Source: an uncultured archaeon
GTDB lineage: Archaea; Thermoplasmatota; Penumbrarchaeia; JASLWR01
NCBI GenBank assembly: GCA_964430885.1
Contig: CAYSHM010000034.1
Location: 1 to 24,065 of the forward strand
Direction of reading: 5' to 3'
DNA length: 24,065 nt
The notes beneath the pieces were generated by a model. It worked only from the letters and a program-made list of their open reading frames with translations, was not told the DNA's origin and did not search any database. This document shows, in pieces, positions 1-9,368 of the stretch. Each line of letters starts with the position of its first letter. Positions within the stretch are counted from its first letter, which is position 1. The translations under genes and the position numbers were made by a program.

Positions 1-75
1 GCACCATCCGCTATTTTCTATTTACAGGCTGCGAAAGTAAAAACCTCAATTATTCTTAAATACTTACAGTATACA

Positions 76-89
76 TAACATATATGTTA
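76..89. promoter_or_regulatory. Perfect 14-bp palindrome TAACATATATGTTA upstream of first abiEi; candidate autorepression operator
   Basis: Exact palindrome between a TATA-like CTTAAATA (55-62) and the start codon. AbiEi antitoxins are known to repress their own promoter through inverted repeats. Confidence 0.5.
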
Positions 90-105
90 AGGTTGGTGTA
101 GTTAA

Positions 106-858
106 TTGAGAAACAAGATGCTTGATAAGCTGGCGAGAAATGGCGAGATATTCACCGTTGATGATGCAAAAAAAGCATCCGGCGCCAAGGACGAGGTGGT
201 GTGGGTAATGCTCTCACGACTGGAAAGGGAAGGGTGGATCGAGAGGTTGGAGAGAGGTAAGTATATGATCATACCTCTTGGGGGAAAGAAGGGCGGATAC
301 ACGGTAAATGAATACATCGTTGCATCCAATCTTGTGGACCCTTACTGCATATCCTACTGGAGCGCATTGAACTACCACGGATTGACCGATCAGATTCCCC
401 AAACTGTTCTCGTTCAGACCACCTCCCGGACCAAAAAGAGAATAACAAACATCCTTGGCATTGATTTTCAGATCGTGACCCTTACACAGAATAAGTTCTT
501 CGGTATTGGCAAGCATTGGATAGAAGGGAAAAAGATCAGTATCACCAACGCCGAAAAGACCATAGTGGATTGCCTGGACAAACTTCAATACTGCGGAGGC
601 ATCTTAGAAGTGGCCAAAGCACTTCAAACGGGTGACTTCAACAAAATTAAATTGGTGGAATACTCCAAAATGATCAACAACAGCGGCGTTATGAGAAGAC
701 TGGCTTATCTGAACGACATCCTCGATCTGGGGCTTGAAATACCCCGTATAGATACACGTAACTATCTTTATCTCGACCCGACCATGCCCCATACAGGTGA
801 GAAGGACTCAAAATGGAGATTGATAATCAACAACACTGAACTGGAGGAAATTATTTGA
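106..858 (+). CDS. abiEi: Type IV TA system AbiEi-family antitoxin / transcriptional regulator (N-terminal wHTH)
   Basis: Motifs LSRLEREGWIERLERGKY (wHTH wing), YCISYWSALNYHGLTDQIP and EKTIVDCLD are typical of AbiEi/COG5340. Stop overlaps the next start (TTGA). TTG start follows GGTG; alternative ATG at 118. Confidence 0.88.
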   Translation: MRNKMLDKLARNGEIFTVDDAKKASGAKDEVVWVMLSRLEREGWIERLERGKYMIIPLGGKKGGYTVNEYIVASNLVDPYCISYWSALNYHGLTDQIPQTVLVQTTSRTKKRITNILGIDFQIVTLTQNKFFGIGKHWIEGKKISITNAEKTIVDCLDKLQYCGGILEVAKALQTGDFNKIKLVEYSKMINNSGVMRRLAYLNDILDLGLEIPRIDTRNYLYLDPTMPHTGEKDSKWRLIINNTELEEII

Positions 859-1652
859 TAGATCATTTCGAGGTCAAGGAAAAGGCCCGGGACAAAGGAG
901 TACCGATAACCACTTTGGAGAGGGATTATGCCCAGAATTGGTTCCTGAGATCCCTCTACGAAAACGATTTTAGGGGAGTACTAAAGGGCGGCACAGGTCT
1001 CAGGAAGGTATTCATTGAGGATTACAGGTTTTCTGAAGACTTAGACTTTACTTTGTTAGATCATATCAACATCCAAGATCTTACTGGCGCTCTCTCGGAA
1101 ACAGTATTACTGGCAAGGGAATTGAGCGGTGTGAGTTTTCTGGATGATTTCCCTATCAAAGAGAACAGGAACGGTTTTACTGCCAATATATATTTCAGGT
1201 TTCTCAGAAATTCGGGCGATCCGCTCCGTATCAAACTGGATATCACAAAGACATCAATGGAAAAAGTAATTCTGGAACCACAGGTTATAGAAATAATCCA
1301 TCCATATTCAGACCAACTAAAAGGAAATACTTTATCCTACCAACTTGAAGAGCTGATGGCGGAAAAAATAAGATCACTCTTTCAAAGGACAAGACCTAGA
1401 GACGTATACGATATCTGGAATATTAGGGATGAAGTGGATTTGCGTCTTCTTCGAAACCTGTTTATTGAAAAATGCAAACATAAGAATTTGGAACCTGATC
1501 TTAAAAGTGTAATGGAAAGAAAGAGCCTATTCTCTATGTCATGGAAAAACTCGTTGAGATACTTGATAAACCCTCTCCCTGAGTTCGATCTTGTTTTTAA
1601 TGATATGATGGAATATATTAAAAGGGAATTATTGGTGGAAGAAGGTAAATAA
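855..1652 (+). CDS. abiEii: AbiEii/AbiGii-family nucleotidyltransferase toxin (DUF1814)
   Basis: ERDY, LKGGTGL, RFSEDLDF, EELMAEKIRSL and RPRDVYD are the DUF1814 signature motifs. 4-nt overlap with the upstream antitoxin. Confidence 0.92.
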   Translation: MIDHFEVKEKARDKGVPITTLERDYAQNWFLRSLYENDFRGVLKGGTGLRKVFIEDYRFSEDLDFTLLDHINIQDLTGALSETVLLARELSGVSFLDDFPIKENRNGFTANIYFRFLRNSGDPLRIKLDITKTSMEKVILEPQVIEIIHPYSDQLKGNTLSYQLEELMAEKIRSLFQRTRPRDVYDIWNIRDEVDLRLLRNLFIEKCKHKNLEPDLKSVMERKSLFSMSWKNSLRYLINPLPEFDLVFNDMMEYIKRELLVEEGK

Positions 1653-1699
1653 AAAATATGTAACTTGTCACTATAACCGCGACCATCCCTAACCCATCG

Positions 1700-1796
1700 C
1701 TCACTAAGTGCACCTCCGCACCGGCCAATTTCACCACTTCTTCCATTCGCCGCGAGCATCACGCCGGATTGACTCAAAAGTGAACACCTCCGCACC
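1700..1796. repeat. Imperfect direct repeat in the spacer between TA modules (12-bp core CACCTCCGCACC at 1711-1722 and 1785-1796)
   Basis: ctcactaagtg--cacctccgcacc (1700-1722) versus ctcaaaagtgaacacctccgcacc (1773-1796). Confidence 0.6.
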
Positions 1797-1817
1797 ATAT
1801 CGAGCAACAAATCTATT

Positions 1818-1866
1818 TTTCATGTAACATTATTATATTATAAATGTATTATATGATTACATGAAA
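1818..1866. promoter_or_regulatory. 10-bp inverted repeat (TTTCATGTAA / TTACATGAAA) bracketing a TATA-like TTATAAAT upstream of second abiEi
   Basis: Arms at 1818-1827 and 1857-1866 are exact reverse complements. TTATAAAT lies at 1838-1845, about 25 nt before the ATG at 1870. Confidence 0.55.
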
Positions 1867-2592
1867 TCAATGAACATCTCCAAAAGAGAAGCCCAGATAC
1901 TGACGGAGATGGAAGAACGGGAAATGATCATATTCTCCGCTACTGACGTGAAGCGTTTCCTGAACATATCCAGGCTGAACACCCACGGAATACTGGCGAG
2001 AATGATGAAGAAAGAGTTAATAGAACGTCTTGAGAGGGACAGATACATAACAAGGGACAACTGGGATTCTCTCGACATCTACGAGATCGTATCATCGATG
2101 CAGCTTCCGGCATATCTCGCTTACTACAGCGCCCTGCATTTTCACGGACTTACAACCCAGGTTCCAAGGACGGTATATATGGCGGCAACGGTGCGAAAAA
2201 GGAACATGACCATCAGGGGCCAGAAAATTAAATTCGTGAAGATAGGGGACAGCATGTTCTTCGGTTACCAGAGATACGGCAATATCATCGCATCCGACCC
2301 TGAAAAGACCATAATCGACTGTCTTCAGCATCCTCTTTACGGAGGTGGAATAGGTAATGTGGAAGAAGCCTTGAGCAGCACTCTGGACCTGAACACCCTT
2401 GTAGACTACTGCATCAGAACTGAGAGTTCCGCACTGGCTTCCCGGTTGGGATACCTTTTGGAGAAGAACGGCCTCCTCTTAAGGGAAGACGAACTTTTAT
2501 CCCAGATCGGATCATATTCCAAATTAAAGCCCGGTACAGATAGTAAAAACTTGATACCAAAGTGGAAAATATATGTTGATGGAGGCATCTGA
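1861..2592 (+). CDS. abiEi: Second AbiEi-family antitoxin / transcriptional regulator
   Basis: LARMMKKELIERLERDRY, YLAYYSALHFHGLTTQVP, SDPEKTIIDCL, SRLGYLLE; homologous to 106-858. Start may be ATG 1870 (leaderless spacing from the TATA box). Confidence 0.9.
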   Translation: MKSMNISKREAQILTEMEEREMIIFSATDVKRFLNISRLNTHGILARMMKKELIERLERDRYITRDNWDSLDIYEIVSSMQLPAYLAYYSALHFHGLTTQVPRTVYMAATVRKRNMTIRGQKIKFVKIGDSMFFGYQRYGNIIASDPEKTIIDCLQHPLYGGGIGNVEEALSSTLDLNTLVDYCIRTESSALASRLGYLLEKNGLLLREDELLSQIGSYSKLKPGTDSKNLIPKWKIYVDGGI

Positions 2593-3353
2593 TGCTTACA
2601 AGAAAAAGATTGAGGGAACTGCACGGTAACGAACTGCCCCTGCATGTGCTTGAACAGGACTATATCCAGGCGCTGTTCCTTCTGGAACTGTATAGAATTA
2701 CCGACAAACTCGCTTTCAAGGGCGGAACCTGCTTGAAACATGTTCACGGCCTGGACAGATACTCGGAAGACCTGGATTTCACACTTATTGAAGATCTGGA
2801 TATTGGAGACACTTTCACCAGAACTGCCGGGAAAATCGGGATCTACGGCATAGAAGCATCCTGCGAGGATCATATACTAACCGACATATCCTTTTCGGCC
2901 AGATTGAGATACATGGGGCCCCTGTTCAATGGCAGTCCATTATCAAGAGGAACTATCAGGCTGGAGGTATCCCTTCGAGATGATATTATGATGGACCCGA
3001 AATGGAAAAGGGGGTTTCTGCCCTATCCCGAGGTAAGAGTACTGAATCTTCTCTCACTTACAAGGTCCGAGATGATGGCTGAAAAACTAAGGGCGTTAGC
3101 CATGAGAAGAAAGGCTCGGGACCTGTATGATATCTGGTTCCTTCTAAACCAGGGAGTTGAGATGTCCAAGGACCTATTTGCTGAAAAGATGAAAAGGGTC
3201 AACTTGGAAGATAAACTCACCATTAAAATTGACGATAAGGATTGGCGCCGGGATCTTGCCAGCATTCTAACCAATCCGCCAGACTTTCGATCCATTAAAG
3301 ACGAAGTTCTTGAAAACATTGAAACCGCGGGTATTGAGATAATAAATGGATAG
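2592..3353 (+). CDS. abiEii: Second AbiEii-family nucleotidyltransferase toxin (DUF1814)
   Basis: EQDY, FKGGTCL, RYSEDLDF, EMMAEKLRAL, KARDLYD. TGATG stop/start overlap with the antitoxin. Confidence 0.92.
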   Translation: MLTRKRLRELHGNELPLHVLEQDYIQALFLLELYRITDKLAFKGGTCLKHVHGLDRYSEDLDFTLIEDLDIGDTFTRTAGKIGIYGIEASCEDHILTDISFSARLRYMGPLFNGSPLSRGTIRLEVSLRDDIMMDPKWKRGFLPYPEVRVLNLLSLTRSEMMAEKLRALAMRRKARDLYDIWFLLNQGVEMSKDLFAEKMKRVNLEDKLTIKIDDKDWRRDLASILTNPPDFRSIKDEVLENIETAGIEIING

Positions 3354-3481
3354 TGGCCTCTGGGAATAGGGCAGGTATTGAAAATTAAACTCCCACCGCC
3401 GAGCAGGGATTTGGGGCATGCGGGAAATCATGGGGGTTGGGGTTGTGCAAATCCGAGCAGACGAAGGCGAGTTTCTTACCG

Positions 3482-3687
3482 CCATCAATACTTTGATGGG
3501 GGTTCAGCCGCATTCCTTGGAATGCAGGCGGGTTTCTGAACTTTTCTTCCTGGAGAAATCCTGCGGATTTCGAAGGAGCAGGTGTATCTTGGATACACCG
3601 TAGCGAAGCGAGGGTTGGAGCCTGAGACGGCGCAGGATTTGCTAAAAAGAAAAAGCTCCAGCGCAGGCGGTTGGGGCGGGCCTGCAT
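3482..3687. other. Highly structured intergenic element (nested inverted repeats); MITE/REP-like element or ncRNA
   Basis: Stems: CCATCAA/TTGATGG (3482-3499), GTTCAG/CTGAAC (3502-3541) enclosing GCATTC-cttg-GAATGC, GGTGTATC-ttg-GATACACC (3581-3599), AAATCCTGCG/CGCAGGATTT (3556-3640), ATGCAGGC/GCCTGCAT (3522-3687). No convincing ORF. Confidence 0.55.
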
Positions 3688-3707
3688 ACAACGAAAGACC
3701 ATCATAA

Positions 3708-6104
<2,397 letters not shown>

Positions 6105-6113
6105 ATAATGAAT

Positions 6114-6152
6114 GCGGGCGGCCTAACAACCGCCTGCTTGTTTTTTCTTTTT
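6114..6152 (+). terminator. Hairpin plus T-tract terminator after icd
   Basis: GCGGGCGG (6114-6121) / CCGCCTGC (6130-6137) stem with one G-U pair, followed by TTGTTTTTTCTTTTT. Confidence 0.7.
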
Positions 6153-6232
6153 CCTGCATTAGTTAGCAGATTTTTTCTGAAATAAATTGCTCAGAAGGAA
6201 TATTTTTATTTTCCCGGGACCAATGACCAGGT

Positions 6233-6433
6233 ATGTTAGAAAATTGCTGTTCGGAAGGCTGCGACTGCAGTAATATCCCTCAAAACAAGATGTGCCAGAT
6301 GGCACAGCCTCCCCGGAAGTTCGATCTTGAGAAGATAAAGGAACTGACATCCAACCCCGAATTCATCTGTAAATGCTGCGGTAGAACTGCCAATGAAAGG
6401 ATCAACCTATGCATTCCAGCACCCTTGAGATAG
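6233..6433 (+). CDS. Small Cys-rich hypothetical protein, probable metal-binding
   Basis: 66 aa with 9 Cys. The C-terminal NPEFICKCCGRTAN...NLCxP pattern resembles, from memory, a widespread family of small uncharacterised proteins. Fills an otherwise empty gap. Confidence 0.7.
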   Translation: MLENCCSEGCDCSNIPQNKMCQMAQPPRKFDLEKIKELTSNPEFICKCCGRTANERINLCIPAPLR

Positions 6434-6466
6434 TCTGGACCCATTAACGGGTACATCAATAATTAT

Positions 6467-6838
6467 TCACACAAGCTGGTCGAAAAGGATGGTATTCCCG
6501 TCAGGGTCCGTTATCATGAAGCTTGCGGGGCCTTCGCTATTCTCATCAGCCTCTGTCTGGAATCCAACCCCCTCTTCTTTCAGCTTCTTCTGGACATCAC
6601 GTATGTCAATATACTCTTCCAATGGTGATGCATCCTGGGCCCAGCCGGGATTGAAGGTCATGATGTTCTGGGGAAACATACCCTGGAAAAGACCTATATT
6701 GCATTCACCGTTCTTCATGATGAGCCAGTTCTGGGATATATCGCCGGCAAATATCTGGAAACCCATTTTTTCGTAAAACTCCTTTGATGCATTGATATCC
6801 TTTACTGCCAAACTTACCGAGAAACAACCTAAGATCAT
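6467..6838 (-). CDS. VOC-family (glyoxalase/bleomycin resistance) protein
   Basis: FSVSLAVKDINASKEFYEKMGF and GPASFMITDPDGNTILFDQ motifs. ATG at 6838 preferred to the track start at 6859. Confidence 0.9.
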   Translation of the reverse strand: MILGCFSVSLAVKDINASKEFYEKMGFQIFAGDISQNWLIMKNGECNIGLFQGMFPQNIMTFNPGWAQDASPLEEYIDIRDVQKKLKEEGVGFQTEADENSEGPASFMITDPDGNTILFDQLV

Positions 6839-7063
6839 ATTATAACACCCCGATACCAAGAGGCCTGAAATAGTATTTTTCTCTTTGGGACATATGATTA
6901 TGAAGATAACATTGGCTCTCTTACAATGCTCCTATAATCCAATTTCAAGTCTAAAATGTTAGACCAATTTATCGCAACCCTCAAACAATTACGAATCAGA
7001 TATATAACCCGTACCTCATCTTGTAAGATGATTCTATCCGGTAAAAACTTGCGGAGAATAACT

Positions 7064-8911
7064 ATGAAGTTAAAGAGAGAAATCGGTCTTTTGGAAGCGT
7101 TCTGCGTCTCTTCAGGAGCAATGATCAGCTCGGGATTGTTCATACTGCCCGCCTTGGCTTACACCAAGACCGGGGCATCGGTTGTATTGGCATATCTACT
7201 AGCATCGCTTCTAATGCTCCCCACTATTCTCTCCAAAGCGGAGCTGACCACTGCCATGCCCAAAACGGGCGGCATCTTCTTCTTCACAGACAGGTCAATG
7301 GGCCCCATGATGGGTACTCTTGGGGGTCTTGCAGCGTGGTTCTCACTGGCATTCAAGTCGGCCTTTGCAATACTGGGTATAGGATTGTTCGCTGAACTGT
7401 TCTTCCCCGATATTAACATCTGGATAGTGAAAGGTATTGCTGTTGGATTCTGTGTTCTGTTTGCAGCCATCAACATCTTGGGAGTTAAACTGGCCAGCCG
7501 GTTCCAGACATACATGGTCATCGCCCTCCTGGCATTACTGGGCGTCTATATTGGAGCCGGATTATTCTTCTGGGACCCATCCAACTTCACACCCTTCGCA
7601 CCCAAGGGCGTCACCTCGATTTTCGCTACCACCGGCCTTGTTTTCGTATCATTCGCAGGTACAACAAAGATAGCAGCCGTGGCGGGAGAGGTGAAGAATC
7701 CAGGACGTAATCTGCCCTTGGCAATGTTCCTCTCATGGGGAATCGTCTCCCTGATCTATATACTGGTGATACTGGTGACAGTAGGGGTTGTCGACAGCGC
7801 AGACCTTCTAGGCACTAACACACCAATATCCCTGGGCGGAGAGACAATGATGGGTATGCCCGGCCTGGTCCTCATGAGCATTGCCGCAGCCCTGGCTTTC
7901 ATATCCACCGGCAATGCTGGTATACTTGCAGCATCCAGGGACCCCATGGCAATGGCAAGGGACGAACTGCTACCGGGTATTTTTTCAAAGGTCAGCAGAC
8001 AGGGGACCCCATACTTCTCTATAATCTTCACATCGGGTTTCATGATAGGAGTGATACTCTTCCTGGACCTGGAGAACTTCGTGAAGACCGCGTCAACCCT
8101 TAAACTTCTCCTTTTCATACTGGCCAACATATCCCTGATATTCATGAGGGAATCAGGAAGGAAGCACTACAAACCCCGTTTCAGAACTCCTTTCTATCCC
8201 TGGGCACAGATCATAGGCATTCTTGGAATGGGATTCCTTGTGGTTACAATGGGTACTATACCCCTTCTGATCACTGGTGTTTTCACCGTGTGCGGTCTGG
8301 TCTTCTATTTCGTTCATTCCCACGGCAAGATCAAGAGAGAATATGCCCTGCTTCACATACTGGAGCGTGTCATCGGAGAGAAGAGGGACCACGTTCTAGA
8401 TGAAGAATTAAGGGAGATCCTCATTGAAAGGGATAACCTCACCGAGGCAAGGTTCCATGAAAAGCTCAGGACCTGCAAGATATTGGACATGGATTATTTT
8501 GTTGCACCTGCGGATTTCTCAAAGAAGGTATCACATACCCTGGCAAAACGCCTGAAGACCGATGAGAAAAAGCTTTTCCAGATCCTCAAGAGACGCGAAG
8601 GGGATTCCAACATCATCGTTAGACCTGGATGCGCACTCATATCCTTTAAGATCAGAGGCAAGAACAAGTTCGAGGTTGTTCTTGTGAGGACAAAGAAGGG
8701 AGTTCCTTTTACCCAGGATCAACCACCAGTGCATGCTGCCTTCATTGTGGTATCGACTCCTGACGTTCAGAACTTCTACATGCACTCACTGATGTGGATG
8801 GTCCAGATAGAGGAAGGAATTGATTTCAAGAAGTGGAAGGGGGCCAGGAACAAGCAGGTACTGAGAGAACTTGTTCTGGAAGCCTGGAAGAACAGGGGCG
8901 AGGAGTTCTGA
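7064..8911 (+). CDS. APC-superfamily amino acid permease with C-terminal PTS EIIA-like domain
   Basis: GAMISSGLFILP (TM1), AELTTAMPKTGG, AGEVKNPGRNLP and about 12 hydrophobic segments. The soluble C-terminus (REGDSNIIVRPGCALIS...GVPF...PVHAAFIVV) resembles EIIA type 2. ATG 7064 is preceded by GGAG. Confidence 0.9.
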   Translation: MKLKREIGLLEAFCVSSGAMISSGLFILPALAYTKTGASVVLAYLLASLLMLPTILSKAELTTAMPKTGGIFFFTDRSMGPMMGTLGGLAAWFSLAFKSAFAILGIGLFAELFFPDINIWIVKGIAVGFCVLFAAINILGVKLASRFQTYMVIALLALLGVYIGAGLFFWDPSNFTPFAPKGVTSIFATTGLVFVSFAGTTKIAAVAGEVKNPGRNLPLAMFLSWGIVSLIYILVILVTVGVVDSADLLGTNTPISLGGETMMGMPGLVLMSIAAALAFISTGNAGILAASRDPMAMARDELLPGIFSKVSRQGTPYFSIIFTSGFMIGVILFLDLENFVKTASTLKLLLFILANISLIFMRESGRKHYKPRFRTPFYPWAQIIGILGMGFLVVTMGTIPLLITGVFTVCGLVFYFVHSHGKIKREYALLHILERVIGEKRDHVLDEELREILIERDNLTEARFHEKLRTCKILDMDYFVAPADFSKKVSHTLAKRLKTDEKKLFQILKRREGDSNIIVRPGCALISFKIRGKNKFEVVLVRTKKGVPFTQDQPPVHAAFIVVSTPDVQNFYMHSLMWMVQIEEGIDFKKWKGARNKQVLRELVLEAWKNRGEEF

Positions 8912-8991
8912 TTATCACTATTTCACTTTCGCTAGGCCCCTATAAACCATTAACTATCACGCATATCATACCAATTTCAAAGGTGGAAAAC

Positions 8992-9366
8992 ATGGCAACA
9001 ATCGTACATTTTGATGTTCCCGCAGAGGACATGAAAAGAGCAAAGGAATTCTATGAAAAGCTTTTCGGATGGAAGATCGATGGAGTGCCCGGACCAATGG
9101 AATATTTCAATATCGCAACCACCGATGATGAGGGGAAACCCGGTCTTGGAGGCGGAATGGGGCCGAAACAGCCGGGATCCTCGGGGATCACAAACTTTGT
9201 GGGTGTACCGTCCGTAGACGAATACATGAAAAAGGTAGAAGAACTGGGCGGAAAGATCATCATGCCCAAGATGTCAGTTCCCGGGTTCGGATTCCTGGCA
9301 GTATTTCTGGATACGGAAGGTAACTCAATGGGACTATGGGAAACTGACCCAAAGGCTAAAATGTAA
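8992..9366 (+). CDS. VOC-family (glyoxalase-like) protein
   Basis: IVHFDVPAEDMKRAKEFYEKLFGW, VEELGGKII, FLDTEGNSMGLWE. SD AGGTGG at 8981-8986 and TATAAA at 8941-8946. Confidence 0.92.
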   Translation: MATIVHFDVPAEDMKRAKEFYEKLFGWKIDGVPGPMEYFNIATTDDEGKPGLGGGMGPKQPGSSGITNFVGVPSVDEYMKKVEELGGKIIMPKMSVPGFGFLAVFLDTEGNSMGLWETDPKAKM

Positions 9367-9368
9367 TT

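Noticed and set aside
1686-1786. Integron attC-like site (CCCTAAC-ccatc-GCTCAC ... TTGACTC-aaaa-GTGAACA) after the first toxin
   Set aside because: The right end has GTG instead of the invariant GTT, the arms are poorly complementary, and there is no integrase in the window.
1700-1796. Mini-CRISPR array
   Set aside because: Only two short, non-identical repeat copies (12-bp core) and no cas genes.
6121-6170. GCCTAAC attC R''-like box after icd
   Set aside because: It lies within the terminator hairpin and has no complementary GTTAGGC arm.
6956-7063. N-terminal extensions in the ORF track for the permease (from 6956), and likewise the second VOC gene (from 8833) and SPFH (from 14547)
   Set aside because: Downstream ATGs have SD sites and coincide with the start of family similarity or plausible protein sequence; the extensions run through promoter-like DNA or overlap another gene.
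6467-9366. Two VOC genes plus the permease as one functional system
   Set aside because: Different orientations, separate promoter-like signals and divergent VOC subfamilies; such genes are common and adjacency alone is weak evidence.
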